From: a virus
Taxonomy: Duplodnaviria > Heunggongvirae > Uroviricota > Caudoviricetes
Virus record (IMG/VR): IMGVR_UViG_3300022468_000539
Span: 30,703 to 94,702 of that record
DNA length: 64,000 nt
Reading direction: 5' to 3' (one strand)
Under the pieces are notes generated by a model, which was not told where the DNA came from, ran no database searches, and worked only from the letters and a program-made list of their open reading frames with translations. Below are positions 17,672 to 26,142 of the stretch, in pieces (the first letter of the stretch is position 1; each line of letters opens with the position of its first letter). The position numbers and the translations under genes are program-made.

Positions 17672-17823
17672 CAAAGAATTTTATAGACATACGGTGGAAC
17701 CTGATACGTCATCCGAAGATCATTGAATCATTAGGCGTCCTGCGGCATCGAAAGTACCCCGCATCAACATGAATTAAGTTTTATGCTCTGTTATAATGCA
17801 GGTTTTCTATAAAATTTTGAAAT

Positions 17824-17900
17824 AGAGCGGTAGTTTAATTGGCAAAATTCAGAACTCCAAATTCTTGAGACTCTAGGTTCGAATCCTAGTCGCTCTGCCA
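17824..17900 (+). tRNA. tRNA-Trp (CCA)
   Basis: Acceptor AGAGCGG/TCGCTCT; anticodon loop CTCCAAA; T-arm CTAGG-TTCGAAT-CCTAG; discriminator G + CCA; promoter CTGTTATAAT upstream. Confidence 0.7.
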
Positions 17901-17909
17901 ATGGTTTAT

Positions 17910-18004
17910 ATGTCGGTAGCTTAAAGAGGTGCGCAACTAAATCCTCAACGTCAGAGCGCCTATTCGCGATAGGAGGTGGGGTTAGATTCCTTCCCGGCAT
18001 GCCA
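17910..18004 (+). tRNA. 95-nt tRNA-like gene of uncertain identity (long extra arm CCTAT-TCGCG-ATAGG, discriminator G + CCA)
   Basis: Acceptor ATGTCGG/CCGGCAT with one G.T pair; T-loop TTAGATT; contains TCA in the candidate anticodon region. The fold was not resolved. Confidence 0.3.
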
Positions 18005-18083
18005 TATTGTTAGTTTTATCGGTGAGTGAAAAGTTGGGAGAGATTGTGTATACCATAAATATATGTATAGTTGAGGTATACAC

Positions 18084-18473
18084 ATGGAAAAAACTTACGA
18101 ATGTCTACACTGTAGTAAAATTTGCATTATGCATCGGGCAAAGGTTAACAAATATTGTTCAAACCAATGTCAAAAAGATTATGAATTCTATAAGTCAGTG
18201 GAATCTGGGACAGCATCGCATAGAGTTATAAAACGGTATTTGATTGAAAAGAATGGATCAAAATGTTTTGAATGCGGGATCAGTGATTGGAATGGTTTAT
18301 CTTTGGTAATGGAGTTGGAGCATATTGATGGCAATTCTGAAAACAATAGTTTAGCCAATGTTAAACTATTGTGTCCAAATTGTCATTCCCAGACGCCAAC
18401 ATATAAGGCTAAAAATGTTGGAAATGGAAGGCATTCGCGTCGAATTCGATATCAAAGTGGAAAAAGTTATTAG
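18084..18473 (+). CDS. HNH homing endonuclease
   Basis: ELEHIDGNSENNSLANVKLLCPNCHSQT (H-N-H with a Zn-binding CxxC pair); N-terminal CxxC..CxxC. Embedded in the tRNA array; the stop abuts the next tRNA. Confidence 0.6.
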   Translation: MEKTYECLHCSKICIMHRAKVNKYCSNQCQKDYEFYKSVESGTASHRVIKRYLIEKNGSKCFECGISDWNGLSLVMELEHIDGNSENNSLANVKLLCPNCHSQTPTYKAKNVGNGRHSRRIRYQSGKSY

Positions 18474-18561
18474 CTGGATTGTCTGAGTGGTTGAAAGAAA
18501 CGGTTTTGTAAGCCGTTGGGTTAACTCCCCATCGCAGGTTCGAATCCTGTGTCCAGCACCA
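18473..18561 (+). tRNA. type-II tRNA (Ser-like TCT-GAGTGGTTGAA-AGA D-arm); anticodon loop TTTGTAA, read as TGT or GTA (ambiguous)
   Basis: Acceptor GCTGGAT/GTCCAGC; long variable arm; T-arm GCAGG-TTCGAAT-CCTGT; CCA encoded. Confidence 0.55.
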
Positions 18562-18638
18562 GTTAGCGTGATAGACCACGCACCAACGTTAGAAGTAACG
18601 TTAATGACTTCAATCAAGTGCGAATCTTGTTAAAATTT

Positions 18639-18714
18639 GGGTCTTTAGCTCAGTTGGGAGAGCCGTGCCCTTGTAGGGCGAAGGTCGGCAGTTCAAGTCT
18701 GTCAAGACCCACCA
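18639..18714 (+). tRNA. tRNA-Thr (TGT)
   Basis: Acceptor GGGTCTT/AAGACCC; anticodon loop CTTGTAG; T-loop TTCAAGT; CCA encoded. Confidence 0.7.
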
Positions 18715-18939
18715 AATTGTGGTATAATGTAGGTATACTAAGTTGCTTGTGATTAGTAGAGTAGATGAAAACCGAGCCAGAGCGCAAAGAACTGGTCTTC
18801 AATCATTAGATTGACGTTTACGGAAGGAAGTCGGTTCAGTAGGGAGTCGAAAGCAAGCAATAGCGGAAAGAGTTGGTTGGACGACAAAAGTTATGAGTTT
18901 GTTCCTCAAATAACGCCGTGTATTCGTTCATAGATTATT

Positions 18940-19014
18940 GGGTTGTTAGTGTAATGGTTAGCACCAGAGATTGTGATTCTCTTAGTTCAAGTTCAAATCT
19001 TGAACAACCCTCCA
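18940..19014 (+). tRNA. tRNA-His (GTG)
   Basis: Acceptor GGGTTGT/ACAACCC; anticodon loop TTGTGAT; T-arm TCAAG-TTCAAAT-CTTGA; CCA encoded; no G-1. Confidence 0.65.
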
Positions 19015-19285
19015 AAGTTGTGGTATAATTGCTTTATCAAAGGATAAATAATTATGTCAGCCTTATCACCTGATAGAAAATAGACACCGAATTATGTGGT
19101 TAGCGTAGTTCTATAGATGTCTGGGGTAAGAATCCTAAGTTAACCACGAATTAATCGATCTGATCAGTCGAAAAGTAAGTAGTAGGGTGTCATGTTACAG
19201 CGGCGCTCTTTGCAGTGATATACTGCGTCAGTCTGAGGAAGATTGAGAAACACTGTGGTAAAAACCCAAACGTAGCTGTAACCTA

Positions 19286-19362
19286 TGCCCCGTTGGACTT
19301 CTGGTTGAGGTCATCACCCTTTCAAGGTGAGCAGGCTCGGTTCGAATCCGGCACGGGGTACC
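19286..19362 (+). tRNA. tRNA-Glu (TTC)
   Basis: Acceptor GCCCCGT/ACGGGGT; anticodon stem TCACC/GGTGA; loop CTTTCAA; CCA encoded; T-stem with a one-nt bulge. Confidence 0.6.
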
Positions 19363-19374
19363 AAGTTTTATTTG

Positions 19375-19453
19375 TTGCGGATTAGAGAAGCCCGATCTAT
19401 CTCACTTGGCTCATAACCAAGAGGTCACTGGTTCAAATCCAGTATCCGCTACC
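19375..19453 (+). tRNA. tRNA-Met/Ile2 (CAT) with a 1:72 T.T mismatch
   Basis: Anticodon stem CTTGG/CCAAG; loop CTCATAA; D-stem GAGA/TCTC; T-arm ACTGG-TTCAAAT-CCAGT; CCA encoded. Confidence 0.65.
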
Positions 19454-19464
19454 AATAAAATTTA

Positions 19465-19544
19465 TTCCACAGAACCCGAGCGTGGTGCATGGGCCGGACT
19501 GTTAATCCGTGGTTAGCTGGGATCGTCACCCAGATGTGGAGCCA
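19465..19544 (+). tRNA. tRNA-Asn (GTT)
   Basis: Anticodon stem-loop CGGA-CTGTTAA-TCCG, identical to the bacterial Asn loop; T-arm CTGGG-ATCGTCA-CCCAG; discriminator G + CCA. Confidence 0.6.
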
Positions 19545-19563
19545 TATTTGAAAGAAAAATATT

Positions 19564-19740
19564 ATGAGTGCAAAACTGATTGGTGAAGATATTCCAAAGA
19601 GCATTGGTAAATACAATATCGCATCTGAGCGAATTCGTACTATGATTCCATTTTTTGCGACCTTTGATGGTGAAAAATGGGTTGATATTCCATCTTTTTT
19701 CCTAAATGAAGGTGGTAAACTCTATTTCTTTGAAGATTGA
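19564..19740 (+). CDS. small hypothetical protein (58 aa)
   Basis: ATG with RBS GAAAGAAAAA; sits between tRNAs. Confidence 0.3.
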   Translation: MSAKLIGEDIPKSIGKYNIASERIRTMIPFFATFDGEKWVDIPSFFLNEGGKLYFFED

Positions 19741-19749
19741 TATATCGGG

Positions 19750-19825
19750 GGGGGTGTAGCTCAGTTGGGAGAGCGGTTGCTTTGCAAGCAATAGGTCGCA
19801 GGTTCGATTCCTGTCACTTCCACCA
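19750..19825 (+). tRNA. tRNA-Ala (TGC)
   Basis: G-run acceptor GGGGGTG/CACTTCC; anticodon loop TTTGCAA; T-loop TTCGATT; CCA encoded. Confidence 0.75.
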
Positions 19826-19958
19826 TATTTGAAGGCCAAATTCTCCTGGTGAGTATTAAAAGGCGTTGCGGCACTCGGAAGAGGCGTTAAACATCGAAGC
19901 GCAAACTAATAGGGTTGTGTCCCTGCCTGCCTTCAAATTATTATTATGAAAGTGAACT

Positions 19959-20102
19959 ATGAAACTTGTTGATATCTTCTTGGTGGATGGTATTCGAGTC
20001 TACGGCTATACACTTGAAGGTCACTCTGGTATTTGGCGTTCCATGACTTACTACCCTGAAACATGGCACATCCCAATGATCAAAGATATCTGGTTCGACT
20101 GA
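19959..20102 (+). CDS. small ORF (47 aa), translationally coupled (TGAcATG) to the AlkB-like fragments
   Basis: Stop-start arrangement; possible N-terminal remnant of the dioxygenase. Confidence 0.25.
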   Translation: MKLVDIFLVDGIRVYGYTLEGHSGIWRSMTYYPETWHIPMIKDIWFD

Positions 20103-20103
20103 C

Positions 20104-20298
20104 ATGACACATCTTCCAATCCAATACATTCCATGTGCCATAGATTACCCTACACAGGCTTTCAAACGGCTTTGGAATGAACTGCAGTGGGATCGTCGTG
20201 GTTCAACTCCACGTAGAGAATACTACTGCAACGATGTCAACGTGTCCCTTACACCTATGGCTCTGGCTCTGGTATCAGAACATATGAACCAAGGCTAA
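20104..20298 (+). CDS. AlkB-like 2OG-Fe(II) dioxygenase, N-terminal fragment
   Basis: LPIQYIP...LWNELQW...PRREYYCNDVNVS matches the N-terminal half of the AlkB (2OG-FeII_Oxy_2) fold; ends TAATG into the next frame. Confidence 0.4.
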   Translation: MTHLPIQYIPCAIDYPTQAFKRLWNELQWDRRGSTPRREYYCNDVNVSLTPMALALVSEHMNQG

Positions 20299-20654
20299 TG
20301 CATCCTGTCATAGCTCAGATCAAATCTGATTGTGAGTTAATCATGAACACAAAATTTGAAGTAGTGTTTTTGAATGGATACGAGAATTCACGTGATCATC
20401 TTGGATGGCATGCTGATGACTCCCCAGAAATGGATGATACCAGACCCATTTGCATTGTTTCTCTTGGTGCAGAGCGTGAGATTTGGTTCAGGCCACAGAA
20501 CGACAAAGACGAAGTGACTAAACTTGTGTTGCAGCATGGAAGCCTTTGTGTGATGGAAGCTGGTATGCAGGATACACACTATCACCGAATTCCCAAAGCC
20601 AGCTTTGAATGTGGGCCTAGAATCAGCATTACACTGCGCGGATACACTGAATAA
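20298..20654 (+). CDS. AlkB-like 2OG-Fe(II) dioxygenase, catalytic C-terminal fragment
   Basis: HxD (GWHADDS), distal H (HYHRIP) and RxS (RISITLR) motifs all present. Confidence 0.55.
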   Translation: MHPVIAQIKSDCELIMNTKFEVVFLNGYENSRDHLGWHADDSPEMDDTRPICIVSLGAEREIWFRPQNDKDEVTKLVLQHGSLCVMEAGMQDTHYHRIPKASFECGPRISITLRGYTE

Positions 20655-20656
20655 TA

Positions 20657-20946
20657 TGCCAGAGCAATACAATACATTTCCAAAATTCCCTGCTATGTCA
20701 CGTGCTTTAGCTGATGTACGTCTTATGTTTGGGCTTACCGACTATCCTATTAGATTTACCAAAGAAGAGCTTGAAATCGCTTCTAGGTTTGATGCTGCTT
20801 TAGAATTACGTAAAGTAATGGAACGTAGAAAAGCTATGAGGGAAGAGCAACAGCTTAATGAATTTGATGTGTCTGAATTCATAGAACAGCAAAAACAACT
20901 ATCTGAATACAATAAAAATAATCCAGATAATCCCGCAAAGTTCTAA
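20657..20946 (+). CDS. hypothetical protein
   Basis: ATG 2 nt after the AlkB stop. The ORF-track start at 20605 overlaps upstream. Confidence 0.35.
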
Positions 20947-20950
20947 ATCT

Positions 20951-20992
20951 TGTGGTATAATTCATTTATCTAAATTCAAAAGGAAATTCAAA
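20951..20992 (+). promoter_or_regulatory. early promoter-leader cassette (TGTGGTATAAT TCATTTATCTAAATTCAAAAGGAAATTCAAA)
   Basis: Cassette family. Confidence 0.5.
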
Positions 20993-21412
20993 ATGAACAC
21001 CACATACGCTATTGCATATGTTTCGAATGGAAATACCTATCATAATTGGAGTGGTCAAATTCAAGACTCTTTTGTGACCAAAACCTACGGATCGCAGCGT
21101 TTTGAGAGTGAAAGCGAAGCAGAGTTTTATATGGAAAAACTCTTCCGCGATTACCATGCAATTAAAAAAACAGAGCAAGAATTGTTTAGTGTTGATAAGA
21201 AACACTCAAATTTTCTTCGCTCTGAGAAAAAGGTTTCGCCTTACTGTGATGAAGTGATCCGCCTTCATGATGAAGTTGAAACGAAAAAACAAGATTTTCA
21301 ACTGGAATATGGAATTCGATTCCAAGATTTGGATTTTCATACGTCAGAAAATCACTTTCAAATCCATAAGCAGTATAACTATGACCCAGACGCATACAAG
21401 GGGTATCCATGA
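20993..21412 (+). CDS. hypothetical protein
   Basis: 139-aa ORF. Confidence 0.4.
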   Translation: MNTTYAIAYVSNGNTYHNWSGQIQDSFVTKTYGSQRFESESEAEFYMEKLFRDYHAIKKTEQELFSVDKKHSNFLRSEKKVSPYCDEVIRLHDEVETKKQDFQLEYGIRFQDLDFHTSENHFQIHKQYNYDPDAYKGYP

Positions 21413-21705
21413 TCACCATTGCTGAAGATAACCACATCCCCTTACTGCATAAGTTATCGATAACCGAAACTAAAAACGCCTTGAAATGGGGTTCTTTAGT
21501 TGATATCGAAGAATTCAAGCGGCAAGTTAATTCAGGGTTAGTCTCATATGACGAATCTGCGTTATGGGCATGCGAACACGAAACCAGAATCTACACTGGT
21601 GAAATGGTTGAATGGGAACTCAGCGAGAACGACAAAGACGAAGAAATTGTTTTACTTTTGAATAAACCCGAGTGGGCCACTATGGTTTACTGGTACGGCA
21701 AGTAA
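21409..21705 (+). CDS. hypothetical protein
   Basis: 98-aa ORF. Confidence 0.4.
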   Translation: MITIAEDNHIPLLHKLSITETKNALKWGSLVDIEEFKRQVNSGLVSYDESALWACEHETRIYTGEMVEWELSENDKDEEIVLLLNKPEWATMVYWYGK

Positions 21706-21723
21706 TGTGCTATAATTCCATTC

Positions 21724-22776
21724 ATGAAAACATCTATCTCTCAACTCAAAACATATTTGGTCGGCGGCGCAGTTCGCGATATCTACATGGGAGAAATCCC
21801 AAAGGATCGTGACTACGTTGTGCTTGGTTCCTCTCCAGAAGAAATGCTTTCTCTGGGCTTCGAACAAGTCGGTGCTGACTTCCCTGTGTTTCTACATCCA
21901 GAGACAAAGGAAGAGTATGCTTTGGCTCGTCGTGAGCGCAAGGTTGGTTCTGGTTACCTTGGTTTTGAGTGTGAGTTTGGTGCTGATGTTACACTTGAAG
22001 AAGACCTGAACCGTCGCGATTTCACTTGCAACTCCATGGCAATGGATTTGGAAACAAACGAAATCTTTGACCCGTTTGATGGTCGCCACGACATCGACAG
22101 AGACACTCTCCGTATTACCTCTCCTGCCTTCAAAGAAGACCCTCTGCGCGTCTTGCGCATGGCACGTTTTGCTGCGCGTTATGATTGGCATATTTCGTCT
22201 GAGTCTGTTGGTATTGCACGAGAAGTTGTACTCTCCGGTGCATTGAATGAACTGCCTGCAGAGCGTTTCTGGAAAGAGATTGAAAAGTCTTTTGATGACG
22301 AATCATTGCGTGATTTTTTTGTTAACTTGGATTACCTTCTGGTTATGAATTTTTCCGAGTTTTTTAAGAATGCACTACCAAAGTGGGCTGTTTATAAATC
22401 ACATTTTGATGATCTTGAAAATGTGGAGTGGCTTTCTGCTCTGCTGTCGAATGAAAATACAACAATCTGGCTATCTGCACGTGCCAAACGCATTGCTAAG
22501 GCTTTGATGCTGGTTACACCGAGGAATGCAGAAACAATGTATAGTTACCTACTTGGATGTGATGCATTCCGCATGAGCAGTATCTTGCGCGATGTTGTAA
22601 GTATCAAAAAAACAGTATATTTTAATACATCAACACAAATCACCATTGGTGCATGTAACCTGTGCAAGACAGTCACTGCAACCGACTTCCCAAATCTGGA
22701 AGGAAAAGCGCTTGGTGATGCTATCAAAGACAAACGCATGCAATTGATCGCATGTCTCTATAACGATTTATTTTAA
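21724..22776 (+). CDS. tRNA nucleotidyltransferase (CCA-adding enzyme), class II
   Basis: N-terminal head YLVGGAVRDIYMG...DRDYVV (GGxVRD..DxD), ERRF..NSMA, and an HD-less short body. Promoter TGTGCTATAAT is 7 nt before the ATG. Confidence 0.65.
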   Translation: MKTSISQLKTYLVGGAVRDIYMGEIPKDRDYVVLGSSPEEMLSLGFEQVGADFPVFLHPETKEEYALARRERKVGSGYLGFECEFGADVTLEEDLNRRDFTCNSMAMDLETNEIFDPFDGRHDIDRDTLRITSPAFKEDPLRVLRMARFAARYDWHISSESVGIAREVVLSGALNELPAERFWKEIEKSFDDESLRDFFVNLDYLLVMNFSEFFKNALPKWAVYKSHFDDLENVEWLSALLSNENTTIWLSARAKRIAKALMLVTPRNAETMYSYLLGCDAFRMSSILRDVVSIKKTVYFNTSTQITIGACNLCKTVTATDFPNLEGKALGDAIKDKRMQLIACLYNDLF

Positions 22777-22779
22777 GGA

Positions 22780-22974
22780 ATGAAAATGTTAAAAGATCGT
22801 AAAGTATTGGTTGAAAATGAAATTGAAAAACTCAAACGTGAATGTGGGCAGGAATATCTATCTATGATCCGTGGAGTGAATATTATTGGATATGATGACA
22901 AGCGTGAAAAGCTAACTTCACTTATGGTTGACCTTTCTTTGATTGAAAAGATGATTTCTGATGGACAAGAATGA
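22780..22974 (+). CDS. hypothetical protein
   Basis: 64-aa ORF. Confidence 0.35.
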   Translation: MKMLKDRKVLVENEIEKLKRECGQEYLSMIRGVNIIGYDDKREKLTSLMVDLSLIEKMISDGQE

Positions 22975-23111
22975 CAAAGAAACACGTGAGTGGCTAACTT
23001 CGTGTTATAATCAGGCCAATGACATTACAGTGAAGAATCCTCCGCTATCTACGGATCGAATCTTTGCTGCAATGTTGTATATGTACGAGCTTGGAAAGAA
23101 AGAAACTCAAA

Positions 23112-23336
23112 ATGGAATTCACCGATCTACTTGACGATTATTTGGCGCAAAAAGAAGTGATCGATAAACTGCGTATAGAATACAGTCAAAATCTATATGC
23201 ATACAGTACAACTTTCAAATCTTTTGATGATTACTATTTCGAGCCTGTAGAAAAATATCAACAGGCTCGAAATCGTTTGAACGAATTTATGAACCGCAAG
23301 TCTCTCAGTGAAATACGCTTCGGCGGGAGTTTATAA
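23112..23336 (+). CDS. hypothetical protein
   Basis: In-frame ATG; the ORF-track TTG start at 23064 is less likely. Confidence 0.35.
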   Translation: MEFTDLLDDYLAQKEVIDKLRIEYSQNLYAYSTTFKSFDDYYFEPVEKYQQARNRLNEFMNRKSLSEIRFGGSL

Positions 23337-23782
23337 TGTACAGCACCACACCACTACCAGACCCGAATCAGGGTCATGTCGGTTTTTATTTCGCAATTGT
23401 AGGTTTGCTACTTCTGGGTATCATTTCTTATATGGTATCACTCCAACATCACTCTACATATGAAGACAAATATGAACCATGGAGTCTTAAAAATTCTCCT
23501 GTGTTTACAACATTTTTTGTGATTTACATCATTTTGTTTTTCGCGGCATTTTATGGTTCATTCATTGATACCAAACCTGTCCCAAAGAACGAAGTCGTTA
23601 TAGCAGAACTGGTTGATTTGGACACTAAGATGGTGCAGAAAAACTTTGGTAGCACTAAGCATCCTGAATGGCGTTCGGTTCAGCAAGGTTTCCTTGTTTA
23701 CAAAACTCCTGATGGCTATTTGACACTACCAAACAGTCATTTACAGATCGTACATCAACGGATTATTTTATACAAGAATTGA
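23336..23782 (+). CDS. hypothetical membrane protein
   Basis: Two TM segments. Confidence 0.4.
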   Translation: MYSTTPLPDPNQGHVGFYFAIVGLLLLGIISYMVSLQHHSTYEDKYEPWSLKNSPVFTTFFVIYIILFFAAFYGSFIDTKPVPKNEVVIAELVDLDTKMVQKNFGSTKHPEWRSVQQGFLVYKTPDGYLTLPNSHLQIVHQRIILYKN

Positions 23783-23848
23783 AAATAAAAGTTGAATATC
23801 TTTATTTCGTGGTATAATTCAGTTATCGAAACACAAAAGGAAAATGAA

Positions 23849-24043
23849 ATGCTACTCTCTATCCAACAACTCGTTTCTTTGAACCTGATTCCAAAGACTG
23901 GCTACAAGATGGGTAAGGCATTCCCTGCCGGTTTTAAGCCTGCTGTTTCTGTCTCTAATGACATTTGGAAGAAGCTGCCTCTGTTTATTCAGGTGCGCTA
24001 CGAATACAATCCTGTCAATGGTAGCCACATCTTTAAGGGATAA
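23849..24043 (+). CDS. hypothetical protein
   Basis: Follows the cassette at 23808 (CGTGGTATAATTCAGTTATCGAAACACAAAAGGAAA). Confidence 0.4.
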   Translation: MLLSIQQLVSLNLIPKTGYKMGKAFPAGFKPAVSVSNDIWKKLPLFIQVRYEYNPVNGSHIFKG

Positions 24044-24082
24044 TTTGACATACTGATCTTTCATAGTAGAATTGATCTTGAT

Positions 24083-24158
24083 GGGAGTTTAGTTAAGCGG
24101 TTATAACACAGAACTCATAATTCTGCAGTCTTGGGTTCGAATCCCGACGCTCCCACCA
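24083..24158 (+). tRNA. tRNA-Met/Ile2 (CAT), second copy
   Basis: Acceptor GGGAGTT/CGCTCCC; D-stem GTTA/TAAC; anticodon stem CAGAA/TTCTG; loop CTCATAA; CCA encoded. Confidence 0.65.
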
Positions 24159-24170
24159 TTTTAATTAACT

Positions 24171-24428
24171 ATGAAAGAAAATATGAACTACACTCCACAA
24201 AATAACTACATCATTGTCCGTAAAGAGGCAGCAACTACAGCTACATCTTCTGGTATCATTCTTACTACAGCACAAGGTGCTGATAACGCTAAGGTTATTG
24301 CCGTTTCCGAAGATATCAAATCTGTTAATGTTGGCGACACACTGCTGATTCGTTGGTCTAATGCTCTTAAAATCGATGGTGATTTGTATGCTGTTGACTT
24401 CAAAGAAGTCGTAACAAAGATTTGGTAA
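24171..24428 (+). CDS. GroES-like co-chaperonin (T4 gp31 analogue)
   Basis: YIIVRKEAATTATSSGIILTT...VGDTLLI matches the GroES mobile-loop and core pattern. Confidence 0.55.
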   Translation: MKENMNYTPQNNYIIVRKEAATTATSSGIILTTAQGADNAKVIAVSEDIKSVNVGDTLLIRWSNALKIDGDLYAVDFKEVVTKIW

Positions 24429-24739
24429 TCATGGGAATTTCAACAAGCGCTAGACTTATGGTTGGTTGTCAATATGACGAATTAACACAAACCCTTGATG
24501 ATGAAGAACTTGAGCAACTGAATACTGATTTAAATGATGGTGTTTTAGATTACGCAAGCCCTTGGTATGATGCTGATCGAGAAGACTGGTTTGTTGGTTA
24601 TTGTGTTTCTAAGCAAACAGATGCTGATAAACTAGGTTTTTTGATTGGTGAGATTAATGTATCCACCAACGATTTTAAGAATCGATTTAAATCCGCATCA
24701 CATCTGATTAAAATTAAGGCATGTGCTAATGTTATGTGA
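24422..24739 (+). CDS. hypothetical protein
   Basis: 105-aa ORF. Confidence 0.4.
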   Translation: MVIMGISTSARLMVGCQYDELTQTLDDEELEQLNTDLNDGVLDYASPWYDADREDWFVGYCVSKQTDADKLGFLIGEINVSTNDFKNRFKSASHLIKIKACANVM

Positions 24740-25236
24740 AGGTTAATATGGCTAAAATATTTTTTGATTCTGATGGCGTAGCTGCAGATATGGATGAATG
24801 GATTGACAATAATATGCCATCCATTCGTGGTATGGATGATGCTAACTTTTGGGGCGCATTATCTGAGGTTCCAAATCTGTTCAGCAATTTTCCGCCACTG
24901 TATGGATTCCAGCAAGTGATTGACGCATGTTTGGATGCTGGTCATGATCTGGAATGGCTGACAGCGACTCCATATCCTACAAAACATTTATGTACTGCAG
25001 GTAATGACAAACGGAAATATCTCCATAAGTATTTCTTCCCTGCTCTTCCGGTTTCTACTATCTCTGGTGGAAAGAACAAGGTAAATTTTCTCCACGTTTA
25101 CCCCAAAGCAGTGTTGATTGATGATTACAAGCGTAACATCGATATGTGGAATGAAGCCGGTGGTATCGGTATTCTGCATGAGACTGGAAACACACAAAAA
25201 ACTTTGGATATGTTGAAGATTCATGGCTTGATCTGA
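24736..25236 (+). CDS. 5'(3')-deoxyribonucleotidase-like HAD hydrolase (NT5C family)
   Basis: N-terminal FFDSDGVAADMDEW (DxDGV HAD motif I). Confidence 0.45.
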   Translation: MKVNMAKIFFDSDGVAADMDEWIDNNMPSIRGMDDANFWGALSEVPNLFSNFPPLYGFQQVIDACLDAGHDLEWLTATPYPTKHLCTAGNDKRKYLHKYFFPALPVSTISGGKNKVNFLHVYPKAVLIDDYKRNIDMWNEAGGIGILHETGNTQKTLDMLKIHGLI

Positions 25237-25249
25237 TATAATTTGTTTC

Positions 25250-25528
25250 ATGCAAATACATGAAATAACCTTTGGTCGATTCACAGATTATGTTTTGTTT
25301 ATCATGGGCTTGAATGCTCGTGGTTACATTCATTTGAATGAGGGATTGACTAGACAAGCTATGAATCGTCTTGAACAAGAGAAAAGTTTTGTGACAAGTT
25401 TTGCAGGTCAAACAACGATGAAAATCAATTTTGTTGATGTATCAATCATCGACATGCATAAAGAATTTAAAACAAGCGATAGAAAGAAATGGGGCCACAA
25501 TGAGCTTAATGGAACAGATCAAGCGTGA
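25250..25528 (+). CDS. questionable ORF
   Basis: Overlaps the better-supported YqeY-like gene start. Confidence 0.2.
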   Translation: MQIHEITFGRFTDYVLFIMGLNARGYIHLNEGLTRQAMNRLEQEKSFVTSFAGQTTMKINFVDVSIIDMHKEFKTSDRKKWGHNELNGTDQA

Positions 25529-25919
25529 TCAATTGGAATTTCGCAAGCAACGTCAATCGGTTGAAGTCAGTGTTCTGACTACACTGATTGGTGAGGCTTC
25601 GGCAATCGGTAAGAACAACGGTAATCGTGAAACTACCGATGCTGAAGTCATCGCACTGGTGAAGAAATTTCTGGATAACAATATTGCTACTATTAAACTA
25701 TTAGCTATTGATAATACTCAGGTTGATGTGTTAAACACAGAAAATGCTGCTTTGCAGGTTTACTTGCCAAAGCAAATGTCTGAGCAAGAAATTCGTGATG
25801 CATTGGCGACATGTAGCAAGGAACTTGGAAAGATCATGGGACACTTTAAGAAGGCGTTCCCTGGCATGTATGATGGTACCCTTGTCTCTCGACTTGCTAA
25901 AGAATATGTAGCGAGTTAA
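25500..25919 (+). CDS. GatB/YqeY-domain protein
   Basis: MSLMEQIKRD...SVLTTLIGEA...AEVIALVKKF...YLPKQMSEQEIRDAL...MGHFKKAFPGMYDGTLV follows the YqeY pattern. Confidence 0.55.
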   Translation: MSLMEQIKRDQLEFRKQRQSVEVSVLTTLIGEASAIGKNNGNRETTDAEVIALVKKFLDNNIATIKLLAIDNTQVDVLNTENAALQVYLPKQMSEQEIRDALATCSKELGKIMGHFKKAFPGMYDGTLVSRLAKEYVAS

Positions 25920-25920
25920 T

Positions 25921-26142
25921 ATGAGTGAAGATGTTGCAATCTATGGGGTTAACAAATCCACAGGTGTTATGGAATTTTTAGGAAAAACATCAACACCACC
26001 AAGTATGAAACAACGAGAAATCGCTGTCGAATATTTTGGGAATTTTGAAGATGATGATGGATCAGACGCAGAAATGATGTTTGGTGCATTGGAACAGTAT
26101 CATAATTGGCTAGTCTCACAAGGTTGGAAAAAAGTTAATTAA
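25921..26142 (+). CDS. hypothetical protein
   Basis: 73-aa ORF. Confidence 0.35.
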   Translation: MSEDVAIYGVNKSTGVMEFLGKTSTPPSMKQREIAVEYFGNFEDDDGSDAEMMFGALEQYHNWLVSQGWKKVN

